A stretch of DNA of 63,856 nt, the filler included, from Octopus bimaculoides (taxonomy: Eukaryota), in assembly GCF_001194135.2 (NCBI RefSeq). It is 5 parts of 5 records of this genome, joined end to end, with 100 filler letters (N's around TTAATTAATTAA, not from the genome) between each part and the next. Parts side by side here need not be neighbours in the genome. Positions count along the whole stretch, not along the records: positions 48,526 to 57,871 come from NC_068996.1; positions 57,972 to 62,747 come from NW_026349582.1; positions 62,848 to 63,856 come from NW_026300226.1; 2 more parts are not named here. One strand, written 5' to 3'. The first letter of the stretch is position 1. Each line of letters starts with the position of its first letter. A program made the translations under genes and the position numbers. Of the stretch, positions 49,880 to 63,054 are shown piece by piece. The notes under the pieces were generated by a model. The model was given only the letters and a program-made list of their open reading frames with translations. It searched no databases and was not told the DNA's origin.

Positions 49880-50082
49880 TAAAAATGAGTTGCAACATCA
49901 CTGGTGCCAATCTGTATTGGTCTTTGCATATCCCTTGGATAACATCAGTGGGATGGGGAGAAGAGGCTGGTATGCATGGGTGACTGCTGGTCTTCCATAA
50001 ACAACCTTGCCCGGACTTGTGCTTGGGAGGGGAACGTTTTAGGTGCAATCTCATGGTCATTCGTGACCGAAGGGGGTCTCCT
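49880..50082 (+). mobile_element. SINE family D, 3' part
   Basis: Homologous to 22900-23086. Confidence 0.85.
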
Positions 50083-50694
50083 CAATGTGATTGTCCTGGA
50101 TAGGACAGTTGTTGCTGTTGTTTAGCGCCAGGAAACATCGTTTCCAGCTACCCACGACAATTTTTTCGACCAGCACTTGCTCAAAGTGTTACGCAACGGG
50201 ACTGAACCGGTAGCCATATGGTTGGAAAGCAAACTTCTTAACTATACAGCCACGCTTTTTACACCTTTAAACTATTTGTCCTGAATAAGAACTTTGCGAA
50301 AAGGACTTTTTACTGCTCGCCTCCTGTATTGCTTGTCGACATACTTTTCTTCCTTTTATCACACATATCTTGGGCTCCACTCATCTCTCTCAAGGACTTT
50401 TTTTATTGTCGGAAAGATATATAGAAGGGCAAAGTTACGTTTTATCCTCTGTGTTATTAGGCCTTCTACGCAGGCATGACTGAGTGGCAAAGAAGTCCGT
50501 GCTACAGCTATATCGTCGCGGGTACGACCCTACTTGGCAAGTATCTTTGCTATACTGGAAACTGTAAAGAAGCCTGCTGGGTGACTGTACCTGTGATTCA
50601 AAGATTCAACCTTGTCACGTAATTATATCATTCCGATTTTACTTGAAATTAGATTCCAGGTATAATCCAGTTTAACAACACATAATTGTAGGTT

Positions 50695-50732
<38 letters not shown>

Positions 50733-51085
50733 CGTGCGTGCGTGCGCGCGCGTGAGTGTGTATGAATGGGTGTGTGTGAATGTGTGTTTATGTGTGTATG
50801 AGTGTGTGTGAGTGTGTGTGAATGGGTGTGCTTATCTGTGTGTATGTGAATGTATGTGTATGTGTGTGCGTGTGTATGAATGTATGTGAATCGGTGTATG
50901 TGTATGAGCTTATGCGAAAGTGTGTGAATGGGTGTGCAAGTGTGCGTGTGCGTGCGTGTGTCTGTGTGTGTGAGTGTGTGAATGTGTGTGAATGGGTGTG
51001 CATGCGTACGTGTGCGTGCGCGCATGTGTGAATGGGTCTGTGTGTGTGTGTGTGTGTGTGTATGTGTGCGTGTATGTGAATGTGT
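50695..51085. repeat. Degenerate (GT)n microsatellite
   Basis: Directly visible. Confidence 0.95.
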
Positions 51086-51346
51086 GGATATTGCATATAT
51101 TAGTAAACAATGACGTCGTTGTATATTTTTGTAAGAAAAGCCCGTGTTGTTAAGAAGTTTACATCTAAATCATTGAAGGAAATGGGGTAGAATGAATACA
51201 ATGAGGAAACCAGTGAGCTTAGTCTATAGCTGTTCATGGTCGAAATATCAAGACCATTATTCGATAAACTAGGTTTTGGGCGACGTAACTTAATAAAATG
51301 AAATAAGAAGATTCAAGAAATTCCCTGCTGATGCAATTTACCCTTA

Positions 51347-51520
51347 GGTGCAGGCGTGGCTGTGTGGTAGGAAGTTTGCTTACCAACTACGTGGTTCTGG
51401 GTTCAATCCCACTGCGTGGTACCTTGGGCAAGTGTCTCCTACTATAGCCTCGGGCCGGCCAAAGCCTTGTGAGTGGATTTGGTAGACGGAAACTGAAAGC
51501 TCGTCATATGTGTATGTGTT

Positions 51521-51556
<36 letters not shown>

Positions 51557-51770
51557 CTTTTGTTACTGTGTTTGTTCCCCGCATTACCGCTTGACAACTG
51601 GTGTCGGTGTTTTTACGTCTCAATAATATAGCGGTTCGGCAAACATGTTCGACAGAATAAGTACCAGGCTTTAAAAAATCCCTGGGATCGATTCATTCGA
51701 CTAAAAGTTCTTGAAGGCGGTGCCCCAGCATGGTCGCAGTCTAATGACTGACAAAAATAAAAGATAAAAG
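51347..51770 (+). mobile_element. SINE family B, full length
   Basis: Head, CORE-like motif, (GT)n and tail are all present. Confidence 0.9.
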
Positions 51771-51814
51771 GAGGATAGTCCTATGCTATCCTTGGACAGA
51801 GTATAACTATTAAA

Positions 51815-52030
51815 AGGTGACGAGCTGGCAGAAACGTTAGCATGCCATGTGAAATGCTTAGTGGTATTTCGTCTGCCGTTATGTTTTGAGTTCGAATTCC
51901 GTTGAGGTCGACTTTGCCTTTCATCCTTTCGGTGTAGATAAATTGAGTACCAGTTGCGTACTGGGGTCGATTTACTTGTCTGGTTCCCTCCCCAAACATT
52001 TCGGACCTTGTGCTTAGGGTAGAAAAGAAT
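51815..52030 (+). mobile_element. SINE family A, tail type iii
   Basis: Tail ccccaaacatttcggaccttgtgcttagggtagaaaagaat, shared with 54010-54225. Confidence 0.85.
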
Positions 52031-53116
52031 ATAGCTATTAAATGCTTGATGATTACAAGAGATAAGAACCTCCCAAAAAAACTTCCCCGAGCTGTGACAC
52101 AAAATGCCTGTGTATGGAAGACATCATTCACATCATTAGCAGCTGTCCAAAAAAGACAAAAAAAGTATGCAAGGTACTATTAACCTATAAGACATGACAT
52201 TACTGCCCAAATCGTTTTGAATATTGTCCACAAGAAAGATGCTCCTGACAATCTTACAAAAGACAAACCAGAACCGGAATGAAGCCAAACCTTCATAACT
52301 ACGGAATAGGAGTGGAATATTCTAATAAAACTAACACTCTGTAATAAACAAATAAGCTTGGTGTTGTTCTATGTGAAAGAATAAAAAATTTCATGGATTG
52401 CTGTCGGAGTCATCTACTGGCTGATGTGAATGTCTCCTCAAAAGGTTTGGAAAATTAAACAGCCATAGTGAAACGAAACGTTCAGCATTTGTATACGGGT
52501 TCCATAGGCTCTTATTGTGGCGATTAACATAGGTGTATTGGGTTATGGAATAAAAGATTTACAAAAACTAAACTGGAAATGCTGGGTTTTCAAAGAAAGA
52601 ACAAATCAAACTGACTGAAATTCTACAAATCGAATTAATTATTCACACAGTGTGTTATGTAAGACATTTTAAATTTTCTCCGTTTGGGTTGATTGAACTG
52701 AAGTATATACACCCAATCACATGAATATACACGCAAATAAAGTAATTACGCATGATGGTGTACTGAAGAGACACATACGCCCATTATGTAAGCAGAACAT
52801 TCATGTACTAACATGCACACATTAACCCATACACACATTCACAAATCCTCGAGACGGATCTGAGTCAAGAGCTTTGTCATTTTGTCCGTGATTCGGTTTG
52901 AATTCTGCAAAGAAATTCATACACTTATACACACATACATACTCACATATATACATACACACACAAACTACATATATAAATATATATATATGTGTGCGTG
53001 TGTGTGTGTGTGTGTGTATGTGTATACACACACACATACATATATATACGTATATACATACATACAAATAAAATATGTAAATACATAAATACATACACAC
53101 ATAAAATACATATATT

Positions 53117-53170
<54 letters not shown>

Positions 53171-54009
53171 NNNNNNNNNNNNNNNNNNNNNNNNNNNNNN
53201 NNNNNNNNNNNNNNNNNNNNNNNNNNNNNNNNNNNNNNNNNNNNNNNNNNNNNNNNNNNNNNNNNNNNNNNNNNNNNNNNNNNNNNNNNNNNNNNNNNNN
53301 NNNNNNNNNNNNNNNNNNNNNNNNNNNNNNNNNNNNNNNNNNNNNNNNNNNNNNNNNNNNNNNNNNNNNNNNNNNNNNNNNNNNNNNNNNNNNNNNNNNN
53401 NNNNNNNNNNNNNNNNNNNNNNNNNNNNNNNNNNNNNNNNNNNNNNNNNNNNNNNNNNNNNNNNNNNNNNNNNNNNNNNNNNNNNNNNNNNNNNNNNNNN
53501 NNNNNNNNNNNNNNNNNNNNNNNNNNNNNNNNNNNNNNNNNNNNNNNNNNNNNNNNNNNNNNNNNNNNNNNNNNNNNNNNNNNNNNNNNNNNNNNNNNNN
53601 NNNNNNNNNNNNNNNNNNNNNNNNNNNNNNNNNNNNNNNNNNNNNNNNNNNNNNNNNNNNNNNNNNNNNNNNNNNNNNNNNNNNNNNNNNNNNNNNNNNN
53701 NNNNNNNNNNNNNNNNNNNNNNNNNNNNNNNNNNNNNNNNNNNNNNNNNNNNNNNNNNNNNNNNNNNNNNNNNNNNNNNNNNNNNNNNNNNNNNNNNNNN
53801 NNNNNNNNNNNNNNNNNNNNNNNNNNNNNNNNNNNNAAAATGCAAAGAAATAACTACGTTTTCTAACAAAAACAGGAGAATGCTGTCGGAACAATGTTTG
53901 GATATAGCGAAAATTGGGTAATTTAGCATAAATTGATTACCTTCCAACAGGAGTTAAAATATGTCAATGAGAAACTCCGGCAAAAGAAGAGAGCCGAAAG
54001 AAAAATAAT

Positions 54010-54225
54010 CTTTTCCACTCTAGGCACAAGGCCCGAAATTTTGGGGGAAGGGGTCTAGTCGATTAGATCGACCTCAGTAGGCAACTGGTACTTTATTTAT
54101 CGACCCAGAAAGGATGCAAGGCAAAGTCGACCTCGGGGGAATTGGAACTCAGAACGTAAAGACATACGAAATACCGCTAAGCATTTCACCCGGCGTGCAA
54201 ACGTTTCTGCCAGCTCACCGCCTTC
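54010..54225 (-). mobile_element. SINE family A, tail type iii
   Basis: Reverse homologue of 51815-52030. Confidence 0.85.
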
Positions 54226-55179
54226 CGAAAGAAAAACAATGAACATGATATGCGTCCGAAATAATATCAGTAATCAACAAATATATGAAGCTCTTTCTCT
54301 TGCAGACATGGTTTCTCTGTGACATACGGTTTCAGTTTGAAAAAAAAAAAAACTGCAGTATTTTTTTCAACGAAATATTGTCCATACATTGCAATTATGC
54401 ATTGTGATGCCCTTAGGATTGTAATTATATGAGGTTCTTTTTCTTGAAAAGGAAACTATTACAGGAGAAAAAATTTGAACAGGATGCAGTACTTTTTTTT
54501 CCAATGAAACGTTAATTGTCCATGCACTGCACTAAAAATATACACTATCAATTGTGAAGTCCTTGAGACTGTGATTAAAAACATCGTTAGGAGAGAAAGC
54601 AGCAGGAAACTAATCGATTGTTGGATATTGGTTCTAAACAAACTGACATTCTAACGGTGATTGATCTATTTATATTTAGCAGTGAGCGCTCAGTGGAGAC
54701 ATAAATATAATAAGCTCGTTGGTTAGCAGAAATAAATCTGACACCGAAACCAATGCTTTTCACATTGTGCAAATCCACAACCCTGCTAAAATTTAATGCA
54801 TAAAATATACAATGTCTAAATCTTTGCCTCCAGGATCATGGTGAGAGTAATATCATCACAGCTCAACAAGCAGCAAAGAAGAAGGGAAAAATCTTTTATT
54901 AAGAAAACTGTCGAGTCAAATGTGAAACATCCGATTCCATACCTCACTCAAATTACTAGTGGACCTTTGACTTGTTAAAATTCCAAACAGAATAATCAGA
55001 ACCAGAGAAACCATGCTTCGTCTAGCGACGCTATCTGGAGGTTAAGCAGATGTGAAGTATACGATGCAGTTTAACATAGATATATTCAAAGGATACAGTC
55101 TAGTAAATCTCTTGTCCTTCTGGTTGAAGAGTAAGAAATTGACTAAAAGAAATATTGACCTAATAAAGGGCTTCTTCAT

Positions 55180-55561
55180 TGTTGTTGTTGGCACTCCGTC
55201 GCTTACGACGTTGGGGGTTCCAATTGATCCGATCAACGGAACAGCCTGCTCGTGAAATTAACGCGCAAGTGGTTGAGCACTCCACAGACACGTGTACCCT
55301 TATCGTAGTTCTCGTGGATATTCAGCGTGACACAGTGTGACAAGGCTGGTCCTTTGAATTACAGGCACAACAGAAACAGGAAGTAAGAGTGAGAGAAAGT
55401 TGTGGTGAAAGAGTACAGCAGGGTTCGCCACCATCCCCTGCCGGAGTCTCGTGGGGCTTTAGGTGTTTTTGCTCAATAAACACTCACAACACTCACAATC
55501 GACACCGCGTTCCTACGACCGCGAGTTCGCTGCCCTAACCACTGGGCCATTGCGCCTCCAC
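55180..55561 (-). mobile_element. SINE family C, full length
   Basis: Highly similar to 23660-24039. Confidence 0.9.
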
Positions 55562-55764
55562 TGGGCTTCTTCATAGGCGACCTGAAAACATATACCAAAA
55601 ATATAGCTGATATGAAGACGAGCGTTGACCTGGTTACGACTTTCTCAAAAGACACAGGGATATGATTTGGCCGATATAGTAACATCTTTATCAATGGTCA
55701 GCCTAAACGTATAGCTAAGGGATATAATATCCGTATAAAGATGTTATCACTTCCTTCATACAAT

Positions 55765-56245
55765 AAACGTGGATGTGCAGTAAAAAGCTTGTTTCCCAAC
55801 CACATGATATCGGATTCAGTCCCACAGCGTGGAATCTTCTGCAAGTCTCTTCTATTATAGACCAAGCCTTGTAACCCAAGCCGACCAAAGCCGACCAAAG
55901 CCTCAGGCTGACCAAATCCTCAGGCTGACCAAAGCCTTTGGTAGACGGAAACTGAAACAAGCCCGTCGTATGTGTGTGTATGTGTGCATATGTGTGTGTA
56001 TGCGTGCGAGTGTGTGTGTGTGCACGCGTTTGTGTATATGTGTGTCTGTCTGTCTTGACCGCTGCTTGACAACCGATACTGGTGTGTCTACGTCTCCGTA
56101 ACTTAGTGGTTCGGCAAAAGAGTACGACAGAACAAGTACCAGGTTTAAAATTAAAAAAAAATTTCTGGGATCGATTCGTTCGACTAAAATTCTTCATGAC
56201 GGTGCCCCATCATGGCCACAGTTTTATGACTGAAACAAGTAAAAG
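55765..56245 (+). mobile_element. SINE family B, full length with internal slippage repeats
   Basis: B-family head and tail; gccgaccaaa x2 and cctcaggctgaccaaa x2 at ~55878-55935. Confidence 0.85.
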
Positions 56246-56984
56246 TTGAAAGCTAGTAAAAGAGTGGCTTACAAAATGTTTACCAAACTTGAAATCTTAC
56301 CTACATTTCGGCTGCTCTGTAAAATACTGACGACCGGAAAACTATTAATGAATACATTTCCACATCTAGAGAAATATTGACTGCCTCCGCTTACAACAAT
56401 GAATACGATGCGGAAGCTTAACATTGATCCAACGATGCATATCTCTTCAAAAAGGTTTATTAACCAGTAGTCACTGAAGGCAACTCTAGATCAAGCACAC
56501 ACACATAATTACACTAGGCAAATAACATTACAAAATAAAAACAAGGCCCGTTGTGGAAATTAACTAAATTAAATAAACAATTCACGTTATGATGGTAAGA
56601 AGATTACAGGAGACTGAAAACATCATAGACCTTTGATAAAGAGTCCATAATTTCAGCATGTGGTATGCACTTTTAGATTAATACCTGTTACTGTTGCAGC
56701 TACAGATTATGTATTAAGTCACCCTGATCAAAAATATTGCTGAACTTTGGCTCATGGAGAAAGAGAATAGTTTCATATTTCCTTTGCTATAAATTATAAC
56801 GGGAATAATAAAAAAAATTTTGGCAAAAAAAAAAAAGAAATCTTCCTGAAGTTTAAAGGTTAGGTAGTTGCGCAAGGGATGACGATACGAATAGGTGTCT
56901 TTTATATAAATAACTATTTTCTCTACAACCCAGGACATGCAGGTGGCCGAACAAAACAAACACCGAAACTTCAATCAAGGAAGT

Positions 56985-57625
56985 GTACATACATACATAC
57001 ATACATACATACATACATACATACATACATACATACATACATACATTCATACATACAAAAAAATCAAAGATACATTTATATATGTATGTGTATACATACA
57101 TATATAAATGTATACATACATACATATATACATACAAACATGCATACATACATACAAAAAATCAAAGACACATTTATATATGTATGTGTATACATACGTA
57201 CATACATGCATAACATATATATACATACATACACACATTTACACATACGTAAGTATATAAATACATACATACATACATACATACAAAAACCAAACATACA
57301 TTTATATATGTGTATACATGTATACATATATACATACGTGCATACACGCATAACATATATACATACATAAACACATTCACACATACGTACGTACGTTTTT
57401 TTAATACATACATGCATACATACAAAAAATCAAAGATACATTTATATACGTATGTGGATACATACATACATATATACATACATACATACATACATACATA
57501 CACACATACATACATACATACATACATATATACAAACATACATACAAACATACATACATACATACATACATACATACATACATACGTACATACATACATA
57601 CATACATACATACATACATACAAAG
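56985..57625. repeat. (CATA)n microsatellite with higher-order units
   Basis: catacaaaaaatcaaaga.acatttatata recurs at ~57053, 57151, 57281 and 57419. Confidence 0.9.
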
Positions 57626-57786
57626 GAGCACATAATCCTTAATAATATTTCATGTCCTGGGAAATTATGGTCCACGAAAGATCAAACGAATTCACACCAA
57701 CAAATATTTGTGTATTTTTAACCTACTTCCACTTCGTTTTCCTTCTTTTATCTCTCTCTCTCCCTTTTTCTCTCTCTCTCTCTCTC

Positions 57787-57830
<44 letters not shown>

Positions 57831-58339
57831 TTTCTCTGTGTTTCTCTCTCTGTATATATTGTATATATATCNNNNNNNNNNNNNNNNNNNNNNNNNNNNN
57901 NNNNNNNNNNNNNNNTTAATTAATTAANNNNNNNNNNNNNNNNNNNNNNNNNNNNNNNNNNNNNNNNNNNNATAGGTAAAGAATACTGAGATGAAAGTTT
58001 AATCTATGACGTTGTATGTATCACTTTCTCTCTCTCCCTCTCCCTCTTTTTACTCTTACTCTCTATATTTTTATGTTGAGCGCGTGTGTAAGAACGGCGT
58101 TTCAGGTAGAAGGGAAGAAATATAAAATTTGCTAGAAACAACAGCCAAATCTCCCTTAAATCACACAAAGTAAACGGAATTTTAAAAATCTAATTACTGC
58201 ACTGGAAAGTTCACATTGAGAAAATTCCATTGATGTAAAAACTTTTACGAAAAAGTGGAAAATGTGGATTTCTATAAACTTTTAAAAAGGCTTCACACAG
58301 ACACACAACTTCAGCTTTATATATTAAGATTATTCTGTT

Positions 58340-58960
58340 TTTTCTCTTTCTACTCCGCCCTTCTGTCTTTAGTCATTTGATGTGGTATGGTGGTGGGTGT
58401 TAATGTTCCATTCGTGTCTTCCATTGAGCCTCGGTCTATCTATTGCTATGTGTGTAGCCTCTGTGATCTGTCTAAGTGTCATGTCATTTGTTTGCGACAA
58501 TAATACTTTAATATCTATGCTATTAACTGAGCTTCCATGTTCAGCCTGAGCATGTTGGTAGAACACTGACGAGCCTTTCTCTTCTTTCAGCTTTCGCCAG
58601 TGTACACCTGTACTCTCTCCTATGTTGCGTGCAGTCTCTTCAATGTAGGTAGGTATCATGTTTCTGTACCGTCCCTCAGTAAAATTGTAGAGACCGCTGG
58701 ACTTAGACTTGCCCCATTGAGGACTATTGTTGGGGCTCTGGGAAATATCTCAATAGTTACTGGGCCTCAAGTCCCAGCACAACTGAATCATCTTCTGGAT
58801 ATACTCCTCAAACCTTTATACCCATTAATACTCAACTATTTACGAGATGACATGAACTTTCCTAAACACATTCCATCCACTCCCACACTATGGGCTTGGA
58901 AGCAATCAAACAATGAATAAAGAAATATAGAGGTTGGATAGACGAACGCTTCAAAACGGG
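58340..58960 (-). mobile_element. Penelope-like element remnant (GIY-YIG endonuclease)
   Basis: TYIEETARNIGE..GVHWRKLKEEKGSSVFYQHAQAEH....IDIKVL....DMTLRQITEATHIAIDRPRLNGRHEW resembles the PLE GIY-YIG C-terminus (YIGETxR..ER..EH). Confidence 0.65.
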
Positions 58961-59189
58961 TTTCATTCCCAACATTTTTTACACTATAAGATCAAACCTA
59001 TGCTTCTACAAAGCCCCAAATTTTAAAATTCGGTTGATGAAACTCTCTTACGAAACAGTAAATGCCAGCCAAAATGTCTTTAAAAACACCTCACAAAGGT
59101 AGATTTCACATCAAAGAATGAATTAGAATTCTTCGTAAAGGAACATGAAGATAGCAGATATGGAATATGCAACAACAACAACAGCTTCA

Positions 59190-59890
59190 AATATTTAGAC
59201 AGTGGCTCTTGTTGGTGCTTCGTTTCTGGGTTTTAACCGTAGCACCAGCTTTGGTAAGCGGTGAGGACCTTCGAAAAACGGTCCGGATCAAATTCTAATT
59301 GTTCTTTCAGTTCACGACACGCAGTCAGCCGTGACTGCTTTTGATCTTTCGTGAGAAAGCGGGGAACAAATTTTGCTGCAATTCTTCGCTCAAAATTCGT
59401 TAGCAGGAGCTTCAGGACACACCAGTCATATCAAGAAGTTCAATTGTTTGGGTATAGCCCTTCGAAATCAGTTTATGAATTTTCAGGGTCTTTTAATTCG
59501 TTTGGGAGGAACACGTTCCCTTTGAACGTTGTTGGTCTTCAAACGAGAAGTGACCATTCCTAAAGCGTGAAAACTACTCATAAGCATGTATTTGCAAATA
59601 GCAGCATCATTGTAAGCCATTTCGGCCGCAGTTTTCCCCAGCAGAAAGCAAAATTTCACGGAAGCACGGAGTTTCTTTGTTCATCAATCGCAAAAATCGA
59701 CGAACAGGGGAGAAGCGTTGCAAAACAAAGACGTACCACGTGACAGTATGCCTTCAATGGACGACGCTGGTCGGTAGACTGATGCTTGAGGGTCGCATCA
59801 AGTGGCTTCTAGCAGCGGAAGCCTGAACAACGACGAACTTGTCCCACAGAGAACATTTCCGGTTACTTTTTGGTAAACCCCAGCATGTAT
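59190..59890 (-). mobile_element. mariner element 5' half (TIR plus decayed transposase N-terminus)
   Basis: TIR-like ggggtttaccaaaaagtaaccggaa; frameshifted ..LGKTAAE..EDQQRS..AAKFVPRFLTKDQKQSRLTACRELKEQLEFDPDRFSKVLTAYQSWCYG.NPETK. Confidence 0.8.
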
Positions 59891-59989
59891 GTATATANNN
59901 NNNNNNNNNNNNNNNNNNNNNNNNNNNNNNNNNNNNNNNNNNNNNACATACATACATGCACCCCCTCGAAGAGACTTAGTCGAAATATA

Positions 59990-60420
59990 TATTCTTTTAT
60001 TCTATTGTTTCAGTCCTTTTCCCTACGGCCATGCAACAGCGCCGCCTTAAAGAAATTTAGTCGAACGAGTCGACCTCAGGACTTATTTTCTAAAGCCCGG
60101 TACTTAGTCTTTCGGTTTCTGTTGCCGAGCTGCTAGGTTACGGGGACATAAAGACACCAACACCAGCTGTCAAGTGGTGATGGGGTTCAAACATTGACAC
60201 AAAGACACACGCATAAATACACACAAACACACGCACACACACATACACACAATCTTACATAAATATGTATGAGACAGGTTTCTTTCAGATTCCTTCTATG
60301 AAATCCACTCACAAGGCTTTGGTTGGTCCGAGGCTATAGCGGGAGACACTTGTCGAAGGCTCTATGCAGTGGGATTGAACCCTGAACTGTGTGGCTATGT
60401 TGCAAGCTTACCACACATGT
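59990..60420 (-). mobile_element. SINE family B, decayed full length
   Basis: Reverse homologue of 51347-51770. Confidence 0.8.
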
Positions 60421-60716
60421 TCAAAAGACATACATAGAAATACAAACAAACGGCGAGCAAACAAACAAGGGATCAGATACGACAGAAAGTGAACATACAA
60501 ACAAAAAAGAAAGTAAGTATACATTATACAAAGATAAATCAATATACAAATACTCTAATATTAATCAGAATGATTATAATATATCTAGTGGCTTCAAAGA
60601 TAAAATAATACATACATGACCCCTCTAATAATGATGATGATGATGAGGAGGAGGAGGAGGAGGAGGATAATAATAAAATAGTAACAACAACAACAACAAT
60701 AATAATAATAATAATA

Positions 60717-62639
60717 AAACATCGTAAAAGCAATACGGTAGACAATTAACTCCCACATATGTTTGCCATATATGTGGAAGTTATTGACTGGAATACTCGC
60801 TGAGTCAATATAGGAATATCTGGAAAAATTGGAGTCCTGCCACATGAGCAGGAGGGTTGCGAGCGTAAGTGCAGAGGTACCAAGGATCAACTCCCGATAG
60901 ACAAAACTGTACTCAGAGACCGCAAGAGGAGGAAATGTAACTTAGCCATGTCATGGATCGACTATCGTAAGGCGTACGATATGATCCTACATTCTTATAC
61001 TATGGAGTGTATGAACCTATTTGGTATTGCATCGAATGCTAAGCGATTGCTTGGAAAAAGTATGGCGAATTGGAGGACGGGCTTGACTGCATACGGAAGA
61101 AGTTTAGGGATAGTAGAAATTAGGAGGGGTATCTTCCAAGAAGACTGCCTGTCTCCACTGATGTTTGTACTGTGCTTGCTACCACTAACACTGATTCTGA
61201 GGAAGGCACAAGCTGGGTATATATTAAAAAACCGCCAACAAAAAGTCAACCATTTGTTATTCATGGATGATCTCAAACTTTATGGTAAAGATGAAGCCCA
61301 AGTTAGTTCCCTCGTTGATACGGTGTATAGCTTCAGTACTGATATCAGAATGGAGTTCGGACTGAGAAAGTGTGGTGTGTTAATCTTGAAGAGAGGCAAA
61401 AATCAAATGTATGGACGGGCTAACGATACCGTCGTGGGAGGTTATGAAGCAGATAGAAGAGATGGGCTATAAGTACTTAGGGATTTTGGAAATGGATAAA
61501 TTTATGGAAAAAGAAATGACAATGACAGAGAAATTTAAGGTGGAGTACTTGCGCAGACTGAGACTGATATTTAAGCCGAATTTAAACGGACGGAATAAGA
61601 TCGAAGCTATGAACACCTGGGCGGTTTCACTCCTTAGATATGGAGCAGGGGTAATCGCATGGACAGTAGACGAACTGAACAGCTTAGACAGAAAGACAAG
61701 GAAGTTGCTAACTAGATATGGATTACTTCATCCAAAAAGTGACATAGACAGACTGTATGTGCCAAGAAAAAGACGGAGAAGAAGACTTATTGGATGCGAA
61801 CACAGCATTAGAGTAGAAGAAAACAACATAGCTTGGTATTTAAAAAATGCCACAGAACCACTATTATTAGCAGTAAGAAGGTCAGGCTTGTGTAGGATGA
61901 AAGATTGCAAAGATAAAGCACTGTACAAGCAATTGAAAACGAATGAAACTGAAAATAGGTGGGTAAAGAAAAGAATACACGGTCAATTTCATAGGGATGT
62001 TGAAGATAAGACAGACTGAGAAAAAAGATGGCTGTGGATGACTAAAAGTAATTTAAGACCGGAAACGGAGGCTCTAATCTGTGCTAACCAAGAGCAAGCA
62101 CTAAGAACAAGCTACATAAAATACAGAATAGACAACACAGCAGAAAGCGCTAAGTGCAGAATCTGTGGACAAAACAATGAAACCGTATGGCATATTACCA
62201 GCCAATCTACGCCACTAGCCCACATAGACTATAAGAGAAGTCACGACAATATAACATAGTCTTAATTGAGAAAGAAACCAAACTATGCCGGATCATAGAT
62301 ATATAGCATGCCCAGCTGACAACAAGGTATGCGATAAGGAAGGAAGAAAAGTCGAGAGATATGACAGGTTAGCTTGGGAAGTGAAGCAGTTGTGGTTGAT
62401 GAAGAAGGTAGCAGTAGTACCAATAATTATCGGAGCCCTGGGAACAGTGAGCAAAAATCTCGAGTGATACGTGGAACAAATAGGGGCTGCAGTAAGCGGG
62501 CAGCACTGCTTGGAACCGCTCGAATACTCTGGAAGATGCTCGAAAAATAAGGGGTGTTACCTTATTTCACTGGCAGTGAACAGCTGACACCGTAGTACAT
62601 CTCCAGCGTTAGAAGCTGTGCAAAGGCAATAATAATAAT
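60717..62639 (+). mobile_element. 5'-truncated R4/Dong-like non-LTR retrotransposon (RT plus restriction-like endonuclease), frameshifted
   Basis: [97 protein letters not shown]; flanked on both sides by (AAT)n. Confidence 0.9.
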
Positions 62640-62747
62640 TATTATTATTTCTTTATTGCCCACAAGGGGCTAAACATAGAGGGGACAAACAAGGACAGAC
62701 AAAGAGAATAAGTCGATTACATCGACCCCAGTGCGTAACTGGTACTT
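62637..62747 (-). mobile_element. SINE family A 3' end, tail type ii
   Basis: Same tail as 34515; lies tail-to-tail with the LINE poly(AAT). Confidence 0.85.
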
Positions 62748-62989
62748 NNNNNNNNNNNNNNNNNNNNNNNNNNNNNNNNNNNNNNNNNNNNTTAATTAAT
62801 TAANNNNNNNNNNNNNNNNNNNNNNNNNNNNNNNNNNNNNNNNNNNNTATATATATATATACACATATATGTGTGTGAGTGTGTGTGTGTATGTCTGTAT
62901 GTGTATATATATATATGCGCGTGTTTGTATAAGTATATATATATTACATTATATATGTGTGTATGCGGATCTATATAATTATACATATT

Positions 62990-63054
<65 letters not shown>

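Noticed and set aside
36121-53947. Long ORFs of 180-400 aa (36121, 37271-38519, 45865-46937, 52943-53947)
   Set aside because: They are made almost entirely of N gaps and dinucleotide repeats.
56325-56345. CTGACGA..GGAAA; also CTGATGA at 48701 and CTGAGGA at 25536 and 45091
   Set aside because: Each lacks stem II or the following GAAA/NUH arrangement.
56853-57721. Multiple 60-160 aa YIHT/MYVC ORFs; similar ORFs at 13793-14286, 42190-42706 and 50672-51110
   Set aside because: They are open only because CATA/GT/CTAT repeats lack stop codons.
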